Of a DNA stretch of 64,000 nucleotides, positions 33,395-49,488 are shown piece after piece. The DNA comes from Eledone cirrhosa. Lineage: Eukaryota. The position numbers were made by a program, and so were the translations under genes. The notes under the pieces were generated by a model that saw only the letters and a list, made by a program, of their open reading frames with translations, made no database searches and was not told the origin of the DNA. How positions within the stretch are numbered: the stretch's first letter is position 1; each line of letters opens with the position of its first letter. The stretch lies in NCBI GenBank assembly GCA_964016885.1, contig OZ024760.1, positions 23,002,001 through 23,066,000 of the forward strand, written 5' to 3'.

Positions 33395-35586
33395 TATCAC
33401 CTGTATTAAACTCCATCACCAGTACTAACACTGTCATCACCAGTACTAACTCCACCATCACCTGTACTAACTCCATCATCACCAGTACTAACACTGTCAT
33501 CACCAGTACTAACTCCATCACCAGTACTAACACCGTCATCACCAGTACTAACACCACCATCACCTGTACTAACTCCATCATCACCAGTACTAACACCACC
33601 ATCACCAGTACTAACACCACCATCACCAGTACTAACACCACCATCACCTGTACTAACTCCATCACCAGTACCAACACAACCATCACCAGTACTAACACCA
33701 CCATCACCTGTACTAACACCACCATCACCAGTACTAACACCACCATCACCAGTACTAACACCACCATCACCAGTACTAACACCACCATCACCAGTACTAA
33801 CACCACCATCACCAGTACTAACACCACCATCACCAGTACTAACACCACCATCACCAGTACTAACACCACCATCACCAATACCGACACCACCATCACCAGT
33901 ACTAACACCACCATCACCAGTACTAACTCCGTCATCACCAGTACTAACACCACCATCACCTGTACTAACTCCATCCCCAGTACTAACACCACCATCACCA
34001 GTACCAACACCACCATCACCAGTACTAACACCACCATCACCAGTACCAACACCACCATCACCAGTACTAACACCACCATCACCAGTACTAACACCACCAT
34101 CACCAGTACTAACACCACCATCACCAGTACTAACACCACCATCACCAGTACTAACACCACCATCACCAGTACTAACACCACCATCACCAGTACTAACACC
34201 ACCATCACCAATACCAACACCACCATCACCAATACCAACACCACCACCATCACCAATACCAACACCACCATCACCAATACCAACACCACCATCACCAATA
34301 CCAACACCACCATCACCAATACCAACACCACCATCACCAATACCAACACCACCATCACCAATACCAACACCACCATCACCAGTACCAACACCACCATCAC
34401 CAGTACCAACACCACCATCACCAGTACTAACACCACCATCACCAGTACTAAACCACCATCACCAGTACTAACACCACCATCACCAGTACCAACACCACCA
34501 TCACCAGTACTAACACCACCATCACCAGTACCAACACCACCATCACCAGTACTAACACCACCATCACCAGTACTAACACCACCATCACCAGTACTAACAC
34601 CACCATCACCAATACCAACACCACCATCACCAATACCAACACCACCACCATCACCAATACCAACACCACCATCACCAATACCAACACCACCATCACCAAT
34701 ACCAACACCACCATCACCAATACCAACACCACCATCACCAATACCAACACCACCATCACCAATACCAACACCACCATCACCAGTACCAACACCACCATCA
34801 CCAGTACCAACACCACCATCACCAGTACTAACACCACCATCACCAGTACTAAACCACCATCACCAGTACTAACACCACCATCACCAGTACCAACACCACC
34901 ATCACCAGTACTAACACCACCATCACCAGTACCAACACCACCATCACCAGTACTAACACCACCATCACCAGTACTAACACCACCATCACCAGTACTAACA
35001 CCACCATCACCAATACCAACACCACCATCACCAATACCAACACCACCACCATCACCAATACCAACACCACCACCATCACCAATACCAACACCACCATCAC
35101 CAATACCAACACCACCATCACCAATACCAACACCACCATCACCAATACCAACACCACCATCACCAATACCAACACCACCATCACCAATACCAACACCACC
35201 ATCACCAGTACCAACACCACCATCACCAGTACCAACACCACCATCACCAGTACTAACACCACCATCACCAGTACTAAACCACCATCACCAGTACTAACAC
35301 CACCATCACCAGTACCAACACCACCATCACCAGTACTAACACCACCATCACCTGTACTAACACCACCATCACCAATACCAACATCACCATCACCAGTACC
35401 AACACCACCACCACCTGTACTAACACCACCATCACCAATACCAACACCACCATCACCTGTACTAACACCACCATCACCAGTACTAAACCACCATCACCAG
35501 TACTAAACCACCATCACCAGTACTAACACCACCATCACCAGTACTAAACCACCATCACCTGTACTAACACCACCATCACCAGTACC
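33395..35586. repeat. 21-bp minisatellite (accatcaccagtactaacacc)n with a higher-order duplication of about 400 bp
   Basis: About 100 copies. The variant unit ...gtactaaacc recurs at about 34450, 34851 and 35276. Confidence 0.95.
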
Positions 35587-37410
35587 ATTGCTACTTTCAC
35601 CATTAACAATATATTATCACCACTACCAATGATACTCTCACCACTACCAATACTATTATCACCACTACCAATACTATTATCACCACTACCAATACTATTA
35701 TCACCACTACCAATACTATTATCACCACTACCAATACTATTATCACCACAACCAACACCACCCACACCAACACTTACACCACCATCAGGGTAACCAACAC
35801 CACCATCACCACAACCAACACCACCATCACCACAACCAACAAAACCATCACCGCTGCAAACACCATCCGCAGCACTACCAACAACACCATCACCACTTCC
35901 AACACCACCCTCACCGCTGCCAACACCACCCTCACCTATACCAACACCACACTCACCACTGCTAACACAACCACCACCGCTGCTAACACCACCCTCATCT
36001 ATACCAACATCATCACCACTACCAACACCACCCTCAGCACTGCCAACACCACCCTCACCTCTGCCAACACCACTCTCACCACTGCCAACACCACCCTCAC
36101 CTCTGCCAACACCACTCTCACCACTGCCAACACCACCCTCACCGCTGCTAACACCATCACCACTACCACACTCACAAATATTCACAATCACTATTCCCAA
36201 CACCATCACAACCACCAACACCACTACCAACACCACCATCAACACTACCATCACCACTACCAACACCACCATCACCACTACCAACACCACCATCACCACT
36301 ACCAACACCACTATCAACACCACCATCACCACTACCAACACCACCAACACCACTATCAACACCACCATCACCACTACCAACACTACCAACACCACTACCA
36401 ACACCACCAACACCACTATCAACACCACCATCACCACTACCAACACCACCAACACCCCTATCAACACCACCATCACCACTACAAACACCACCAACACCAC
36501 TACCAACACCACCATCACCACTACCAACACCAGCAACACCACTATCAACACCACCAACACCACTATCAACACCACCATCACCACTACCAACACCACCAAC
36601 ACCACTACAAACACCACCAACACCACTACCAACACCACCATCACCACTACCAACACCACCAACACCACTATCAACACCACCAACACCACTATCAACACCA
36701 CCATCACCACTACCAACACCACCAACACCACTACCAACACCACCATCACCACTATCAACACCACCATCACCACTACCAACACCACCAACACCACTACCAA
36801 CACCACCATCACCACTACCAACACCACCAACACCACTATCAACACCACCATCACCACTACCAACACCACCAACACCACTATCAACACCACCATCACCACT
36901 ACCATCACCACTACCAACACCACCATCACCACTACCAACACCACCATCAACACCACCATCACCACCATCACCACTACCATCACCACTATCAACACCACCA
37001 TCACCACCATCAACACTACCATCACCACTACCACCACTACCATCACCACTATCAACACCACCATCACCACTATCAACACCACCATCACCACCATCAACAC
37101 TACCATCACCACTATCAACACCACCATCACCACTACCAACACCACCATCACCACTACCATCACCACTACCAACACCACTATCAACACCACCATCACCACT
37201 ACCATCACCACCATCAACACTACCATCACCACCATCACCACTATCAACACCACCATCACCACTACCATCACGACCATCAACACTACCATCACCACTATCA
37301 ACACCACCATCACCACTACCAACACCACCATCACCACTACCATCACCACCATCAACACTACCATCACCACTATCAACACCACCATCACCACTACCAACAC
37401 CACTATCATG
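35587..37410. repeat. Degenerate ACC/ATC/ACT/AAC trinucleotide-based minisatellite
   Basis: Continuation of the 21-bp array with diverged units. Confidence 0.9.
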
Positions 37411-37625
37411 ATTACTAAATGCCGCAAACCAGTTTATCGGACGCTCTAACGATTCTGCCAGTGCACCAGTAAAACAATATAGGGATAATCAAATATATAA
37501 TTTATTTTTGAATTTGTTTTGCGAGATTTTATATCTGAAAGCGTGTGTTGAAACAGATATACACATATATACAAAAACAAGAGGGTGTAGGGCAGAACAA
37601 AGGAGGGACATAAAATAAGAACCTA

Positions 37626-37668
37626 ATCACTGAGGAGGTCACAGAATATTTGACGAAAGAACTTTGAT
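37626..37668 (+). ncRNA. Minimal hammerhead motif ('gaac' family)
   Basis: atca CTGAGGA g gtca...tgac GAAA gaac TT tgat; stems I and II pair. Confidence 0.6.
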
Positions 37669-38402
37669 AATATATAAGCAACCATCATTAACTACCCTAT
37701 TAACCACCAATTAACTAGGTCACTAACTAACTAATTAACTCGGTCCTTAACAACCCTATTAACCACCATCCACTTATCGAACCAACAAAATAACAAACCG
37801 GGAACTTATAATAGATTGAAGTGAAAAACCCATCAAATGCATGTGTTTTTATTGGCAGCATGGCCGTCCCAAAATATAACAACAAATATATAATTATTTC
37901 CAGGAATAATCCCTTAACAAAGATGTTATCCCTTCCATTTGTTGCTTTTTTTCATGAGGAGTTGGGTAGCGCCTTGTAAGAGAAGTTGGCTATGTTAGAT
38001 ATACAGAACATGGGGCCACGTGACCGTTCCCTAGATGTCTCAGAAGAAGGGTTATTTGGTTTATTAAGCGGATATGGTGTATGCAAATAGAAACAAAAAT
38101 AATATACACGACACTTTGTTTGGTTTCTTAGAGAAGCACCATATAACCTCAGGCAAAAAAGCGCAACGGAGCACAGTTAAAAAATATGAAAACAAACAAT
38201 GTTAATGGATTTTGAATATAGTTGTACTTAATTCAACTCAGTTAAGAGTAGGGATATGTTTGAGTTATTTTCCAGTAATTTTGGAGTAACTGTATGTCTT
38301 TTTTTTATGCATCTGTCATGTTTGTATGTGTATGTATGTGTATAAATACGCGTACAATATATATATGTGCTCACGCACAGTGATATATATATGTATAAAT
38401 AT

Positions 38403-38433
<31 letters not shown>

Positions 38434-38557
38434 AATATATATACATATATAAATATATATACATATATATATACATATATAAATATATATATAATACGTG
38501 TACAATATATACATTTGCTCACGCACAGTGATATATATATATATAAATATATAAAAA

Positions 38558-38597
<40 letters not shown>

Positions 38598-38744
38598 CAT
38601 ATATAAATATATATAAATATATATACATATATATATATACATATATAAATATATATACATATATATAGATATATAAATATATATATAATACGTGTACAAT
38701 ATATAAATTTGCTCACGCACAGTGATATATATATATATAAATAT

Positions 38745-38791
<47 letters not shown>

Positions 38792-38851
38792 AATATATAT
38801 ACATATATAAACATATATACATATATATATACATATATATATATATATACG

Positions 38852-38884
<33 letters not shown>

Positions 38885-38889
<5 letters not shown>

Positions 38890-39302
38890 AGTATGCATGT
38901 ATACGTACATACATATATGTATACAGACGTACAGTAGCATGCACATATATATATATATATACATATATATATACATATGCATACAGGTACACATACATAT
39001 ATGCACGTATCAGTTTAGCGGCGCTTACGTCGCTTTGTTCGTTTGTAAACAAACTGAACAGCCTGAATTTATGCCATACGGTGTTAAGGCAACCACGTCA
39101 CCTTTTTGTTCAACACTGACACAGGAACGATGTACTAGTTTCAAACGAACAAAGCGACGTTAGCGCCGCTAAACTGATACGTGCATATATGTATGTGTAC
39201 CTGTATGCATATGTATATATATATGTATATATATATATATATGTGCATGCTACTGTACGTCTGTATACATATATGTATGTACGTATACATGCATACTTAC
39301 AT
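38885..39302. repeat. Near-perfect inverted repeat with 161-bp arms and a 96-bp spacer
   Basis: 38885-39045 versus 39142-39302, one visible mismatch. Confidence 0.9.
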
Positions 39303-39358
39303 TTAAGTAAGTGCCATACTAAGAGTGAGAAATGAAATTTCGTTTTCATTTTGTTTCA

Positions 39359-39406
<48 letters not shown>

Positions 39407-39410
<4 letters not shown>

Positions 39411-39571
39411 GTTTCTATTTTAGGCACAAGGCCAACGAATTAACCAGTACATTACTGGTACTTTATTTTATCGACCCCGTAAGGATGAAAGGCAAAGTTA
39501 ACCTCGACGGGATTTGAACTCAGATCATAATGGGACGTAACTCTATGCTTCAAAGCATGGTGTCCGACTCT
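39407..39571 (-). mobile_element. SINE family A
   Basis: Tail, core and B-box in reverse orientation. Confidence 0.9.
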
Positions 39572-39582
39572 CAGTAACACCC

Positions 39583-39791
39583 AGACGGCTGAGCTCAAGC
39601 CGTTTCGACGGCTAATTCTGGACTAATTTTTTTTTTTTTTTTTCTTTTTTTTAGTCCCTAATTAGCCGTCGAAACGGCTTGAGCTCAGCCGTCGGGGTCT
39701 TACTCGTTCCTATTACCCACTCTACTACCCTAAGTATTGAGTACTTTGGTGCGTTATGGTCCACCTGGTTCCTTACCACATTTCCTTCGTT
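39583..39791 (+). mobile_element. Fold-back element, 'gagctc' family, with a poly-T loop
   Basis: gacggctgagctcaagccgtttcgacggctaatt is inverted around a T-run at 39627-39652. Confidence 0.8.
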
Positions 39792-40174
39792 ATATATATA
39801 TATATATAATGTATGCACACACACACACACGTCTCTCTGTCTCTGTCTCTCTCTATATATACATATATATATATATGAATACATAAATAAGTATGTGTGG
39901 TGTGGCAGTGAGAATGTGGAATATGGTTCAATATGAAAACATATGTAAATGTACAATGACTATACAAACAACTGTCTATGGAAGTTATAAACTGCAAGCA
40001 TATTACAATAGTCCTGTCAGCAGCCGTTGAGAATGCCATACACGTGTTTCTGAAGTTTTTATCTATTTTTCATGGTGTTCATTCACTCTAGGTCCTGAGG
40101 CAAGAATAAGCAACACTTGTATGTGTACACGCACGCACAAACATCCACACACACACACACACCCACACACCCAT

Positions 40175-40211
<37 letters not shown>

Positions 40212-40286
40212 CCTATATGTATGTATATATATATATATAAACAGAGAGAGAGAGAGAGTGAGAGAGAGAGAGAGAGAAAGCGTGAG

Positions 40287-40745
40287 ATATGGAAAATCCT
40301 GGAGGGACTAGCGCCAAACTTTGGCATTGAGAGCTGGACAAACCCCGAACAGTACACCACTCTGTAGGGCCAAAAGGCCCGTCTTTCACATCTAGAAGGG
40401 CCAAAGGGCCAAAGATCCCATCTTTCATATCTAGAATAAGGAGCAGATATTGCAATAGCCTGGGGTTCCAGGTCCCTCAACTCGCCAATCATCTGCCAGG
40501 AAATTTGAGAGATCTGTATGGTGTGGAGGTGGCTGTTTTCAATAAACATCTCGACACTCTCTCTCTCCATAGTCCCAGATGAGCCGACATCACGTTACGA
40601 AGTTAACCCTAGGGGCAGCAGCAACAGACTCCCTCTTACAAAAATGGCCAGCCAACACAGGCTGGAGATAGAATGTGTAGCAACAAGTGTGGTGCCCCAG
40701 CATGGCCTCAGGCGGATGGCTGAGACAGGTAAAAGAGTAAAAGCG
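40287..40745 (+). mobile_element. CR1/L2-like LINE, degenerate 3' end
   Basis: IWKILEGLAPNFGIESWTN...SRIRSRYCNSLGFQVPQLANHLPGNLRDLYGVEVAVFNKHLD...VPDEP across frameshifts, then a 3' UTR ending gtaaaagagtaaaag. Confidence 0.75.
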
Positions 40746-41064
40746 TATATATAGTTAGTAAGGTGCAACACATTATTTAATTACAATTGCTTTACAACGG
40801 CAGCCGGATTCGACGATGATTGTTTTGAGTGAAACAGTTCTAGTTCTGTAAAACCCATTTCTATATTAAGTATATATATACTTATTCATATATATATGTA
40901 TATATATGTATATATGAATATGTATATGTATATATATCGGTATGTTGCTTATATGCTCATATTCATAAATATACAAATCTCTCTCCCTCCTCTCTCTCTC
41001 TCGTTTAGCTCTCTCTCTCCATCCCCCTCACTCCCTCTCTCGTTTAGCTCTCTCTCTCTCCCTC

Positions 41065-41182
<118 letters not shown>

Positions 41183-41186
41183 TATG

Positions 41187-41351
<165 letters not shown>

Positions 41352-41408
41352 GTATATATATATGTATATATATATATGTATATATATATATGTATATACA
41401 TATATATG

Positions 41409-41439
<31 letters not shown>

Positions 41440-41452
41440 GTATATATATATG

Positions 41453-41584
<132 letters not shown>

Positions 41585-41681
41585 AACACGAATGTGTGTA
41601 TTACCGTATGAGTGCGTTTTTGCGCGTGTATGTACATAATGTATGTGTTTATCTTTTAACGTGTGAAAGTACATACATATA

Positions 41682-41714
<33 letters not shown>

Positions 41715-42182
41715 TAATGTTTGCATGTATATATATATATATAATATTTATGATTGCATGTATGTATATATATATATATATATATATGTGCTTCGTCAAT
41801 TCAATCTGCTTTCCATGAATACATATTTGCAGGTATAACATCAACGTAAAAATAGCAGGGAAATTGTCTGATTCTCTTCAAACACAATTTTATATTCTAC
41901 GCTCATCTATAATTTTCCTAAAACATTTGTAAATATATAGCACATAATTTTCTTTCAAAATATATGTTGCTATATAATTTATAATCGATCTATCAAACCA
42001 TACATGTATCTATATACAAATCTATAAACCAGCTTACTTGATCTCTCTTTACCTATGTGTGTTTGCGTGTGTGTGTGGGTAAGAGTGTATATATATACGT
42101 ATATATATATATATATAAATATATGGATAGATATATATATATGTTTTTGTGTGCTTGTGCGTGCATGAGTGTATGTGCGCGC

Positions 42183-42238
<56 letters not shown>

Positions 42239-42276
42239 GTATATATATATATATATATAAATATATATATATATAC

Positions 42277-42326
<50 letters not shown>

Positions 42327-42374
42327 TGGTAAGAGTGTATATATATACGTATATATATATATATATAAATATAT

Positions 42375-42436
<62 letters not shown>

Positions 42437-42547
42437 GTGTGTAAAAATATGTATATATATATATGTATATATATGTATATATATATATATGTATCTATAT
42501 ATACATATATATATGCATATATATAATAATATTTTAATTCTTATATA

Positions 42548-42623
<76 letters not shown>

Positions 42624-42715
42624 ATTATTAATAATAATAAATTTCAAGACTAAAATCCAAAGAGGGCTCAATAAGGATAAATATATATCAAATATATAAA
42701 AACCGTAGAGCAAAT

Positions 42716-42935
42716 ATTTATTAAAATAACAGATTAAAGTTTAAGCAAAGAATCGCTGCTTTCACCCTTAACGGGATCTTCTGAAACTAACAAAGTCAAT
42801 CTGTAAACGCAGAACTGGATATTTCAAAAAACGTTGCAACCGGAGGAAGACGGAAGACGATACTTTGTTAGTTTCAGAAGATCCTGTTAAGCGTGAAAGC
42901 AGCGATTCTTTGTTTAATCTGTTATTTTAATAAAT
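42716..42935. mobile_element. Fold-back element, 'cccttaacggg' family
   Basis: 42716-42796 is inverted at 42862-42935. Other copies at about 7724, 44468, 45037 and 49490. Confidence 0.75.
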
Positions 42936-42991
42936 ATATATATATATATATATAATATATAAGATCAAAAGATGGTTAAAGGAGTTCCATG

Positions 42992-43062
42992 TATTTTATT
43001 ATGCGCATTTCAAAAACAAACATCATCATGCAATAATATTTGTGTTTTCATCAGATAAAACA
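42992..43062 (-). ncRNA. Type I hammerhead ribozyme motif in PLE terminal repeat
   Basis: tgttttat CTGATGA aaacacaaatattatt-gcat-gatgatgtttgttttt GAAA tgcgca TA ataaaata; all core positions canonical. Confidence 0.85.
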
Positions 43063-43869
43063 GGAGGACATGATATGAAGGCTAAAAAACACTTGTGGAT
43101 AGTGCAGTTTTAAATCAGCATATGAGAAGTAATTTTAGATTGATGTGTGATATTGGGAAAAATATTTTATTTAGAGAGGGGGGGGGGGGTGGAAAGGATG
43201 AACAAAAGGGGAGGAGATGAGAGTGAAGTTGGAGAGGGAGAGATGGGTGATAGAGAGAAAGAGATAGTTTTTATAACTGAGAAAAGATATATTGTTTTAC
43301 GTAGAGAGGTTGAAAACCGTTGGAAGATAATGTATAAATTAAAAGAATTTGAAAATTAACGAAGGGAAAAATATGTACGAAGAAGGAGAGGGAGTTAATA
43401 TGTATTGAGATTAAAAAAGTTTGATGATAGAGTGAATAGAATAATAAGTTGCGGATGAATATTCTAACGTCAAAAAAATGTGTGTATGTTTACAAGTATT
43501 ATGGAAATTTGAAAAGTAACGAAGAGAAAAAAATTAAGGTTTGTGTATTGAAGGATTTGAGAAAAATAATGTGACGTTAAGGTTTGTATGTGGAAGGAAT
43601 TGATAATATGTGCGAAGAAAGAGTTAATATGTATTAAGAATGAGTTAGATGATGGGGAGAAAAATAATAAATTAAGGATGAATAATCTGGCGTCAAAACA
43701 AATGTATATGTTACGAAGGATTTTACAAGGTGAAGATAGAGTGAGGGTAATGAGTAAACAAGTATTATAGAGTGTATAATACCCTTTGAAGTAAGGTAGG
43801 AAGATGGGTATATTTTAAAAGAGGTGTATGTATATGTGCCTTTGAGAAAAGATTCTAAATTGATAAATA

Positions 43870-44136
43870 TTAGCTGTATACTTTGTGAAATGTCTTATGG
43901 AATTTATGCAAGCAGATAGAAAACAAATCTGTACGTCTATTTATTATAGAATCTAGATTAGAGATAATGGTACATTTTTCATTTAGGCAGATATTACAGA
44001 TTTTAGATAGAGAGCTGTTCAAGTATAAGGACGCAGAAGAAACCTTCTTCCAAAATATGGTATATTTAATGTTTTTGTCTTTCAAGGACCATATGAGTTC
44101 TGAGAGAGCCGTGTTGGTTCTTTTAAGTTTGTACTT
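43870..44136 (-). pseudogene. PLE GIY-YIG endonuclease C-terminal fragment with CxxC...CxH motif
   Basis: ORF 43870-44085 extended upstream in frame, as translated in the element entry above. Confidence 0.75.
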
Positions 44137-44166
44137 TATTGTACTACAGTAAAACTCACCTCCTAC

Positions 44167-44213
<47 letters not shown>

Positions 44214-44246
44214 ATATATATATACATATAGCTATTTATATATATT

Positions 44247-44458
<212 letters not shown>

Positions 44459-44953
44459 AATATATCCTTGCTTTCACCCTTAACGGGATCTTCTGAAACT
44501 AACAAGGTCAATCTGTAAACACAGAACTGGATATTTCAAAAAACGTTGCAACCGGAGGAAGACAGAAAGACGATACTTTGGTTCGTGGTAACGTTCTCTG
44601 GCAAGAACGGGAAAAAACGAATAATACGTCATTAATAGGAGCGGTGAAAAACAATTACGCGCAAAGACAAAACCACGTTTATGGTATAAAAGAGGTCGTA
44701 GACTAATGTTCTCTTAGGTGGTGCATAGAAACGTTCTCTGGCAATGAACGAAAAAACGAAGATAATAAGTCATATGTGGAGCGTAGAGAACAATAGCACG
44801 CAAAGACAAAACCACGTAAATGGTATAGCAGAAATCGTAGACTAAAATTCTAACTAGGAGACGAAATGAATCTCCGCTACGGTTCTTATATATTTGATAT
44901 ATATTTTCCTTGTCGAGCCCTCTTTGGATTTTAGTCTTCAATATTATTATTAT

Positions 44954-45041
<88 letters not shown>

Positions 45042-45117
45042 TAAGATAACAGATTAAACAAAGAATCGCTGCTTTCACCCTTAACGGGATCTTCTGAAAC
45101 TAACAAAGTATCGTCTA

Positions 45118-45191
<74 letters not shown>

Positions 45192-45218
45192 TATATATAT
45201 ACACATCTATATATATAT

Positions 45219-45251
<33 letters not shown>

Positions 45252-45258
45252 CATATAG

Positions 45259-45299
<41 letters not shown>

Positions 45300-45300
45300 G

Positions 45301-45341
<41 letters not shown>

Positions 45342-45356
45342 GATATATACATATAG

Positions 45357-45400
<44 letters not shown>

Positions 45401-45426
45401 ATATATACATATAGATATATACATAT

Positions 45427-45517
<91 letters not shown>

Positions 45518-45637
45518 CATTCATATATATATATATATATACATATAAATGAAAGGTATAGAAATTGTTGTAGCGAGAACTTAACAGTATTCCATAACAT
45601 ATATATATATATATATTGATATATATATTTATATATA

Positions 45638-45699
<62 letters not shown>

Positions 45700-45705
45700 T
45701 ATACA

Positions 45706-45811
<106 letters not shown>

Positions 45812-45881
45812 CATATATATGTATATATACATATATATGTATATATACATATATATACGACATATATATATATATACATTC

Positions 45882-45912
<31 letters not shown>

Positions 45913-45974
45913 CATATATATGTATATATATATACATATATATATATACATATATATGTATATATATATATACA

Positions 45975-46026
<52 letters not shown>

Positions 46027-46612
46027 CATATATATGTATATATGCATATATATATACATATATCTATAAATATATACATTCATATATATATCTATATATA
46101 TATATATATACATATGTATGTATATATCATTGTGTGAGTGCGTATGTTTGTATATGTATCCCAAATCATAATTATAATTGGTGACAATATTTACTGCGTA
46201 TATACTAAACACATATTTACCCACTCTATATATCCCTTGATCTACATTCTTGTAACATATACGTATACATCCATGCTGTCAGGCATATTAATATATAATT
46301 ATTATATATATGTATATATATACCATACCCAAGCCTTCGTACGTATATACGTGTCTGAACACATAAGTGTGTGTGCGTGTGTGAATTAATGTTTATATTT
46401 ATATTTAATTATGGGTTTGTATGTATATATAAATGTATGTATGTATGTATGTATGCATGTGTATATGAATTATCGTATGTACGCTCGTATGATTGGATAT
46501 ATATATTTGATATATATTTGCATATATGTATGTACATAGATTGATAGAAAGATAAACCTCTCTTTCTGATTTACTGGTCCCATCCCATTAAAGAATATAT
46601 ACACAATGTATT

Positions 46613-46699
<87 letters not shown>

Positions 46700-46754
46700 T
46701 TATATACATGTATATATACTTATGTATGTATACATTTACATATCTCTCTCTCTG

Positions 46755-46800
<46 letters not shown>

Positions 46801-46825
46801 AGTATATATATATATATATACATAA

Positions 46826-46888
<63 letters not shown>

Positions 46889-46889
46889 A

Positions 46890-46928
<39 letters not shown>

Positions 46929-46929
46929 A

Positions 46930-46962
<33 letters not shown>

Positions 46963-47015
46963 TATATATATATATATATATATATATAAGTATATATATA
47001 TATATATATACATAA

Positions 47016-47064
<49 letters not shown>

Positions 47065-47065
47065 A

Positions 47066-47104
<39 letters not shown>

Positions 47105-47190
47105 TATATATATATATATATATATAAGTATATATATATATATATATATATACATATATATATAAGTTTTTATATAAATATATATATAAG

Positions 47191-47296
<106 letters not shown>

Positions 47297-47560
47297 AGCA
47301 CACATGCCCACCACCAGTCACACGTAATATTCCATTTTCCTTTTGAACTCTATATATATCTGAACATTTTTCATAGTCCTATATTAACGTCAGCGTTTAC
47401 TCAACCAACAGAGATAACGACAATTAATAGTAAAAAGGTCACGATCTAATAATGACAGTTTATATATATATATATATATATAAAAAAGAAAATATATATA
47501 TATACACAAATATATATATATAAATATAAATAAATATATATAAATATAAAAAAAATATAA

Positions 47561-47625
<65 letters not shown>

Positions 47626-47627
<2 letters not shown>

Positions 47628-47828
47628 ATATAGAAAAGGCTTCTACAGACCTAGAACTGTTTCATTCGGGAGAAATCATCTGCAAATAATCATCGTTCCC
47701 GATGATTTCTTCCGAATGGAACAGATCTAGTCCTGTAGAAGCCTTTCTATATTAAATATTTATACTCTGGTTTGTATTGAGCACCTTACTTACTGTGGTT
47801 ACCCCCGATTGAACCCGGGATAAACTTA
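47626..47828. mobile_element. Fold-back element, 'cagttctag' family
   Basis: taatatagaaaaggcttctacag...aaatcatc is inverted as gatgatttc...ctgtagaagcctttctatatta. Confidence 0.7.
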
Positions 47829-47865
47829 TATATATATATATATATATATAAAGGGCCCCGTCAGG

Positions 47866-48186
<321 letters not shown>

Positions 48187-48425
48187 AAGATTAATATAAA
48201 ATGAAAGTGCTTTTATAAAGGAATTTATTAGGTATTGACATATGTTTCTGTAACAGACGGAATACCTATGTATCGCTGCTTGCATAATCATATAATGTTA
48301 GCAAGTATTCGATAGCAAATGTATAAACAGTTGTCACTTCTTCAAAGATATTGGATTAATTGGAAAAAAAACAGAAAAATTAAAGTATTTATATTAGTTG
48401 TAAGAAAGGAAGAAGAGAACGGATA

Positions 48426-48495
<70 letters not shown>

Positions 48496-48867
48496 ATATT
48501 TGGGGAGGGTCATATTTGCGTAAATATTGCCAGAATTAATATATTATATATATATATATATATATATGAATGGCTTTTACAGGACGAGAACTGTTTCATT
48601 CGGGAAAAATCAAGAGAAAGCCGATTGTATAAATAATCGTTTCTTGGTGATGGTTAAAAGAGTCACAGTAAGTGCTATAATATATGTTTATCCCGGGTTC
48701 AATCGGGGGCAACCATTGTATGTAACGTGCTCAACATATAGCAGAGTATAAATATTCAATAAATAAATGGCTTCTACAGGACTAGAAATGTTTCATCCGG
48801 AAGAAATTACTGTTGTGACCCCCGATTATTAGCTGTCATCAACAACGTATACCTTCCTGTAGGTATA

Positions 48868-48908
48868 CGGTGTTGATGACAGCTAATAAGCTAGAAACTA
48901 TTTCATCG
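48868..48908 (+). ncRNA. Degenerate minimal hammerhead motif ('ctag' family) within hairpin 48826-48888
   Basis: cggtg TTGATGA c agct-aata-agct a GAAA ctat TT catcg. The homologue at 39128-39142 (minus) reads GAAA ctag TA catcg. Confidence 0.5.
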
Positions 48909-49031
48909 TTCCTTTGTCAGTGTTGAACAAATAGGGCAGCGACGGTTGCCGTGCAGTGTACGGCTAATAATTCGGAAAGTCTGTTTGCATATAAACCGAG
49001 CATTATAATAAATGTTCGGTCAACCTATACG

Positions 49032-49065
<34 letters not shown>

Positions 49066-49137
49066 CATGTATGTATATATATACATACTACTGTACGTTT
49101 GTATTCATATATGTATGTACGTATACATACTTACATT

Positions 49138-49191
<54 letters not shown>

Positions 49192-49450
49192 GTAAGTATA
49201 TGTATATATATATAAATGTGTATATATACATATACATATTACCTTTTGTAACTTGTACTTATGCGTTGTTGTTTTTTACTTTACGATATATGTATACTGG
49301 CAGAATGGCCCGCATTGCTCGGGATTTGCTCTTGGGTTCTTATATATTTGATATATATTTATCCTTATCGAGCCTCGTGAAATAAATACTTTTGTTTATA
49401 TCTTGATATTGTGTATGTAAAATTATCTGTACACGAATATATAATTATAT

Positions 49451-49488
<38 letters not shown>

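Larger units (their letters stand above)
42960..44170 (-). mobile_element. 5'-truncated Penelope-like retroelement: endonuclease C-terminus, 3' UTR and HHR-bearing terminal repeat, between (TA)n tracts
   Basis: The minus frame 44136-43870 reads KYKLKRTNTALSELIWSLKDKNIKYTIFWKK...KICNICLNEKCTII...INRRTDLFSICLHK. This fits the TxLSxxIW...CxxCxxEK...NxRxE/D...CxH pattern of a PLE GIY-YIG C-terminal half. An HHR lies on the same strand at 42992-43062. Confidence 0.8.

Noticed and set aside
33288-37427. Long mucin-like Thr-rich (494 aa) and Val-rich (384 and 627 aa) ORFs
   Set aside because: Products of a 21-bp/trinucleotide minisatellite. Frames shift at 20-bp variant units, and there is no non-repetitive domain or splice support.
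42750-42910. HHR-like CAGAAGA tccc-gttaa-gggt GAAA gcagc in the 'cccttaacggg' family
   Set aside because: All copies have CAGA instead of CTGA, and there is no TH site or stem I pairing. Not called as a ribozyme, although it could be a variant.
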